Origin: Eledone cirrhosa
Lineage: Eukaryota
Length of the DNA: 64,000 nt
Direction of reading: 5' to 3'
NCBI GenBank assembly: GCA_964016885.1
Contig: OZ024743.1
Location: forward strand, 23,622,001-23,686,000
Below are positions 57,529 through 64,000 of this stretch, one piece after another (the stretch's first letter is position 1; each line of letters opens with the position of its first letter). Position numbers and translations under genes: made by a program. The notes under the pieces are model-generated. The model was not told where the DNA came from, ran no database searches, and was given only the letters and a program-made list of their open reading frames with translations.

Positions 57529-60500
57529 TGCTATAAGCTTTTCTGGGTGGGAAATGACAATGGGCTGGGTGGGGTAGGAATCATGGTAGCAGAAAAGTGG
57601 GCAGATAAGATAATAGACGTAAATAGAGTGAACGACAGAATAATTAAAATAAGACTTGTCCTCAATAAAACTACGGTGACAGTAATATCTGCGTATGCAC
57701 CCCAATCCGGACTGCCCGGCGCTATAAAAGACAGATTCTATGAGACACTGATGCTCGCTACCTCCCAAATAACCGACAGTGACTATATAATTATTGCTGG
57801 CGACCTAAATGGTCACGTTGGACAACATTGTGACGGCTATGACGGAATCCATGGAGGCTATGGGTTCGGTACTAGAAATGAGGAAGGCTACAGAATCCTG
57901 GAATTCTGTGACGCAAATAACTTAACTATCTGTAACACTAACTTCAAAAAATGAGACAATCACTTGATCACCTATAGATCGGGGGAACACACAAGCCAGG
58001 TAGATTATATCCTTACCAGAAGACGTGACAGAGTGTCTGTTGTTAACACTAAATCCCTCTCCCATGAAGAATTCACCTCCCAACATAGACTGATAATTAG
58101 CGACCTCATAGTCTGGACGAGACGTACTAGACAGCGGAAGAGGGCTATCCTCAGGAGAAAAATATGGAAGCTAAAGGGCCCCATAGCCAGAAATAAATTT
58201 CAAAGCATATTACTTGACGCTTTCGACAGTAAGGAAGAGCAATTAGAGTCGTATAATATAGAGGAACAGTGGGAATTCCTGAGAGCAAACCTGCTAACGG
58301 CCGCAGACGAAGTTTGTGTCTGGAGCAGGCCTGTAGGTAGGAGGAGAGTAACATGGTGGTGGAACAGTAAGGTGGAGGAGTCAATTAAGGCCAAAAAGCA
58401 GGCTTGGAAAGTATGGCGGGATGGGGGAAGTAGAGAAGACTATCAAGTGGCCAGGAGGGAAGCTAGGAGACAAGTGTACTTCGCAAGAAGGGAAGCAGAG
58501 GAAAGAAAGTTCAAGCATGTTCTACGTGAGGTGTTCAGGATTGCCAGGCAATGTGTCATGGAAAACCGTGATATTGTCGGGGAGAAGTGTGTACTTAACG
58601 ATGATGGCATACTTGCCATCACCGACGCTGATAAGAAGGTAGCTTGGAAGTGTCACTACGAAAGGCTTCTAAATAAGGAGAATAAATGGGAGAAAGACAG
58701 TCTCCCCCACATCGACCCAATAGAGGGACCAGCAGTGTTAGTCCAGGGTAGTACAATAAGCAAGGCAATCAAAGATATGAAGACGGGTAAGGCGGCTGGG
58801 CCTTCGGAAATAGTTGCTGAGATGCTGAAGGCATCTGGTTCAGTGGGACACACCATGGTCACCCGGATAGTTAACCAAGTCGTACAGAATGGGGTTGTTC
58901 CGAAGGACTGGCGTAGCAGCATCATTGTTAACTGCTATAAGGGAAAAGGAGATGCCCTAGATAGGAGTAACTATAGAGGCATTAAATTAATCGACCAGGT
59001 CATGAAGGTCACGGAAAAAGTAATAGCGCAACTAATCAGAGAGAGAATTGATCTAGATGAAATGCAGTTCGGGTTTGTGTCAGGCAAAAGTACCACAGAC
59101 GCTCTTTTCATTGTACGACAACTACAGGAGAAGTACCTAGCTAAAAGTAAACCCCTCTACTTAGCTTTTGTCGACTTGGAGAAAGCCTTCGACAGAGTCC
59201 CCCGTTCCATTATCTGGTGGTCTCTTAGAAAACTAGGTGTTGACGAATGGCTTGTGAGAGCTATACAAGCCATGTATAAAGAAACAGTCAGTAAGGTTAG
59301 AATTAACAACGAATATAGTGAAGAGTTTAACGTAAAAGTTGGTGTCCATCAGGGCTCTGTTCTTAGCCCCCTACTATTTATTATTGCCCTTCAGGCTATA
59401 ACAGAGGAGTTCAAGACCGGCTGCCCATGGGAACTTCTATACGCAGATGATCTAACGCTCATAGCTGAATCAATGACCGAACTAGAGAAGAAATTCCAAA
59501 CATGGAAGCACGGCCTAGAATCAAAAGGCCTTAAAATTAACCTGGCTAAGACTAAAGTTCTAGTTTGTAGGAAAGAAAATAGGGCGGCGGTCCCTTCCGG
59601 GAAATGGCCATGCTCAGTGTGTAGGAAAGGCGTAGGTAGAAACTCCATTTTATGTCCCCAATGCAAAGTATGGGTGCATAAAAGATGTAGTGGGATCACA
59701 GGTAAGCTAACTAAGAACATAGATTTTACATGTGGCCGGTGCTCTGGTGCAATAAGTAGCAGCAAGTGCCCACTAAATACTAGCTCTTTCAATTGCGCAG
59801 AGGGTTCTATAGAAATAGTGGACAGCTTCTGTTACCTGGGTGACAAAATCAGCAGTGGGGGAGGGTGCTCTGAAAGTACAGTAGCTAGAGTCAGAACTGG
59901 ATGGAAAAAGTTCAGAGAGCTTATACCACTATTAGCCGCTAGAGGGTTCTCCCTAAAAATGAAAGGCAGGTTATACGATGCCTGCATACGAACAGCAATG
60001 CTGCATGGCAGTGAGACCCGGGCATTGTGTGCAGAGGATATACGCAGACTAGAGAGGAACGAAGCTTGCATGCTCCGCTGGATGTGCAATAGTAATATAC
60101 GTGAACAGCTAAGCATAAACGAACTAAGGAAAAAATTAGAAATAAGAGGGATCAGATGTTGTTTACTCGAGAGAAGGCTACGTTGGTACGGTCACGTGAT
60201 GCGCATGAAAGACGACAGCTGTATAACAAAGTGCAGGGCAATAAAGATAGACGGTAGCCACGGATTAGGCAGACCCAGAAAAACCTGGGACGACATGATA
60301 AATTCCGACCTCACACGCTTACACCTCTCCAAGACAATGTCACTAGACCGAGACCTTTGGCGGTACTCAGTAATAGAGAAGACCCGCCTTACCTAAATAC
60401 AAAGTAAAAACCTACTACAGTCAGTAGGCATCTCTATCAAAACACACCCCGTCCTACCACCTCCACCCCATCCACACCGCCCCTTTCAATGTAAAGTTAT

Positions 60501-61015
60501 GTTGGTCCCACAACATCCAGGCCGAAACAAATGAGATCGTGTAGGTGTCACGACAAAAAAACACACAGTCCACGCTGTAATGTGGCCGTGTAGGCAACAC
60601 GGTAAAAACCTCCCAGCCCCACACTGTAAATGTGGTTGGTGTTAGGAAGGGCATCCAGCTGTAGAAAACCCGCCAGACAGTCCACGCTGTAATGTGGCCG
60701 TGTAGGCAACACGGTAAAAACCTCCCAGCCCCACACTGTAAATGTGGTTGGTGTTAGGAAGGGCATCCAGCTGTAGAAAACCCGCCAGACAGTCCACGCT
60801 GTAATGTGGCCGTGTAGGCAACACGGTAAAAACCTCCCAGCCCCACACTGTAAATGTGGTTGGTGTTAGGAAGGGCATCCAGCTGTAGAAAACCCGCCAG
60901 ACAGTCCTATGCGAGCAAGACAACCACTCTTGCCTCAAGTGGGAAAACCCCCGTCCAAACCCATGCAAGGGTGGAACACGGACGCTAAACCTGATGATGA
61001 TGATGATGATGATGA
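57529..61015 (+). mobile_element. Near full-length RTE family A LINE (one in-frame TGA at 57952, 18-nt deletion), 3' UTR with 3 x 112-bp module
   Basis: [10 protein letters not shown]...NTNFKK*DNHL continues in frame into ORF 57964-60396; the QRDDQK present in sister copies is missing; (GAT)n tail. Confidence 0.95.
60565..60900 (+). repeat. Three tandem 112-bp units in the RTE-A 3' UTR
   Basis: acagtcc starts at 60565, 60677, 60789 and 60901. Confidence 0.92.
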
Positions 61016-61200
61016 TATATATGTATGTATATATATGTGTATATATGTATGTATATATATGTATATATATGTATGTATATGTATGTATGTATATGTATAT
61101 ATATGTATATATGTATATATGTATGTATATATGTATATATGTATGTATATATATGTATATATGTATATATATGTATATATATATGTATATATGTATATAT

Positions 61201-61432
61201 CACGGCAAAAAAACACAGTCCACGCTGTAATGTGGCCGTGTAGGCAACACGGTAAAAACCTCCCAGACCCACACTGTAAATGTGGTTGGTGTTAGGAAGG
61301 GCATCCAACTGTAGAAAACCTGCCAGACAGTCCTATGCGAGCAAGACAATCACTCTTGCCTCAAGTGGGACTACCCCCGTCCAAACCCATGCAAGCGTGG
61401 AACACGGACGTTAAACGTTGATGATGATGATG
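61201..61432 (+). mobile_element. RTE family A 3' UTR fragment
   Basis: Almost identical to 45116-45360. Confidence 0.9.
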
Positions 61433-62199
61433 ATATATATGTATATATATATATGTATATATGTATGTATATATATGTATATATGTATGTATATATATGT
61501 ATATATGTATGTATATATATGTATATATGTATGTATATATATGTATATATGTATGTATATATATGTATATATGTATGTATATATATGTATATATGTATAT
61601 ATATATATATTTATATATATATATGTATATATATGTATATATATATATGTTATATGTATATATATGTATATATATGTATATATATGTTATATGTATATAT
61701 ATTTATGTATATATATGTATATATATTTATATATATATATTTATATATATATATGTATATATATGTATATATATATATGTTATATGTATATATATTTATA
61801 TATATGTATATATATTTATATATATATGTATATATATGTATATATATATATGTTATATGTATATATATTTATATATATATATGTATATATATATATGTTA
61901 TATGTATATATATTTATATATATGTATATATATGTATATATATATATATGTTATATGTATATATATGTATATATATATGTTATATGTATATATATGTATA
62001 TATATGTATATATATATATATGTTATATGTATATATATTTATATATATGTATATATATATATGTTATATGTATATATATTTATACATATATATATGTATA
62101 TATATGTATATGTATATGTATATATATTTATATATATATATGTATATATGTATATGTATATATATTTATACATATATATTTTTATGTATGCATATTGTC

Positions 62200-62590
62200 A
62201 GCTGAAAGTTCATAGGCTGACCAAGATACTCTCATGGAATGTGACCAAATGAGGTTTATTTTTCAACATAGTCCCTCTGGCGGTCAGTACGTTTCATACA
62301 CCAGTGTTACCGTGCTTAGATCCCATTAATGCATGCAAGATTTCACATCTGCAGCACAAGTCTTTGGTTCCAATTGCTGCTGTGGATGACTTGCGTTGAT
62401 CAACCTCCGTATTCCTCTGCTTTCATTCAAAACTAGTATCTCAGTGCTGATGACGTCGTATCTGCTGTTGATGACTTTTTTTTTTACCAACAGGATGAAA
62501 GCTACTTCACCAATGCATCATAGTACTGCAACACTGTTGGAAGAAATGTGCAAATCTCAAGGGTGTCTATGTTGAAAAATAGACCTCATC
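62200..62590 (+). mobile_element. mariner-type transposon relic
   Basis: Inverted repeat gaggtttatttttcaacatag / ctatgttgaaaaatagacctc; the 3' peptide LQHCWKKCANLKGVYVEK* resembles a mariner transposase C-terminus. Confidence 0.7.
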
Positions 62591-64000
62591 CAACACTAAC
62601 TACTTTACAGGTGTGTTTATCGTGTAAATCACTAACACTAGGGAGGTTGTTGTCTTTAACACAACTGAAGAGTCCTTCCAACCATTTGCTTAGCAAATTT
62701 TCTATATCTAAATGCCCTTCTTATTACTAACCACTTTAGTCTTTTGTAATTTGCTTGCACTTAACCTTTCTAGAAAGTTAATAGTACATTTTAGTGGTAC
62801 TCTTAGATTAAGTTACCCACTTCTACATCATCATTTGGGCCTTTGGAGATTTTGAGTTACCTAGCCAACCCTTGCAAGTAGAGCAGACAGATGTTAAATG
62901 ATGATGATGATGATGATAGTGATTCTGTTGCAAGCATTTGGTTCAGGTCTTCGGTTTGAAGGTGACTTCCTCTCACCAGTTGCAGAGGCACTATAAAATT
63001 GTCTTTACCTCCATGACCAAGCAGGTAAAAAAATCAAAAACAATATGAAAACTTAAAACTCTCATCCACAACATCATTTTCTACTAAATTATGTTTCAAT
63101 CAATTCAAACTCCAATTGTATCAGATGTCTTATATTTGGTATGGTATGGTCACGTAACTCCTGATAGAGTCATAGGGGCACCAAATTGACGGACAGTGTT
63201 GCTTGGGCATTTTAAGCATGGCGGAGCCCATCTCTCTCTAGGCCTGAGTACAGCAGATTTCTTCCAGAGAAAGATAGAAAGTGAGAGAGAGGAAATGAGA
63301 AAGAGAATACAGGAAGAATCAACTCCAGTACTTGACTGGTACTTTTTTTTTATCGACCACAAAAGGATGAAAGGCAAAGTTGACCTTGGCAAGATTTCAA
63401 CTCAGAGAGCAGAGCCGGTACAAATACCATAAAGCATTTTATCTGATGTTCTAACGGCTCTGCCAATTTGCCACCTATATTTACATATGTACATATTCCT
63501 CAGATGAATTTTAACTCAGAACCATTAATATTTCTAAGACTAATTTTGCTATATTTTCGTCAGTTGATAAGCAACCAAGGAGTGGAAATGACAGCAGATT
63601 TGAAATATATTGAGCAGAATGAGATTTTTGTAGGCAAGAACTAATGATGGCTGATAGAAACATACACAAATGAAATGGGATGTAAAACTAAGAGAATAAA
63701 AGAAAATATGAAAAATATATTAATTTCAGCAAGATTTGTTTGTACTAAACAGTTACTAGAGTGTATAGCCTGGATGTTTTTGTTGTTTGGCTCTAGGCAA
63801 ACTATGAGCTGCCATTCTTTCGACTGGCATTCATGTCTTGACCATCTTATCTTTTTTCTGGACAAAGTGTATCCAGAAGTGCATTAGCCAAAATAGTTTG
63901 TGGTTTGAAGGCTGTTAATGTTAGCAGGTTGAATAACTACATACTGGCTCCATTTGCTAGTTCATGGCCTCATTGTTTTGTAGTGAGGTGAATTATATTA

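Noticed and set aside
60565-60900. CRISPR-like direct repeats
   Set aside because: Head-to-tail identical 112-bp units inside a LINE UTR; no spacers.

Overview
Repeat-saturated animal (eukaryotic) genomic DNA, most likely octopus/coleoid cephalopod; this is inferred from my recollection of the SINE sequences, not from a search. The only host gene I can support is a 55-nt first coding exon at 30882-30936 (+), METPLDVLSRAASLVETN followed by a GTAAGT donor. It matches the N-terminus of the Hippo/TEAD cofactor VGLL4, so the right half of the window is probably its very large first intron. The rest is nested mobile DNA sitting in microsatellites: several RTE-clade LINE copies (APE + RT + an embedded PHD-type finger), a Neptune-type Penelope-like element, R4/Dong-like and Tx1-like LINE ends in (AAT)n, at least three SINE/dispersed repeat families, a non-autonomous Helitron, hAT/piggyBac/mariner-type MITEs and roughly 12 kb of (TA)n-rich arrays, plus a 200-N gap. 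The most interesting signal is a set of small non-coding, (TA)n-anchored elements. Two are long palindromes whose arms each carry a type-I minimal hammerhead ribozyme, and three share a UA-bulged hairpin with compensatory changes just upstream of the TA junction. Nearly all long ORFs in the supplied track (IY-, V/G/T-rich) are microsatellite artefacts.
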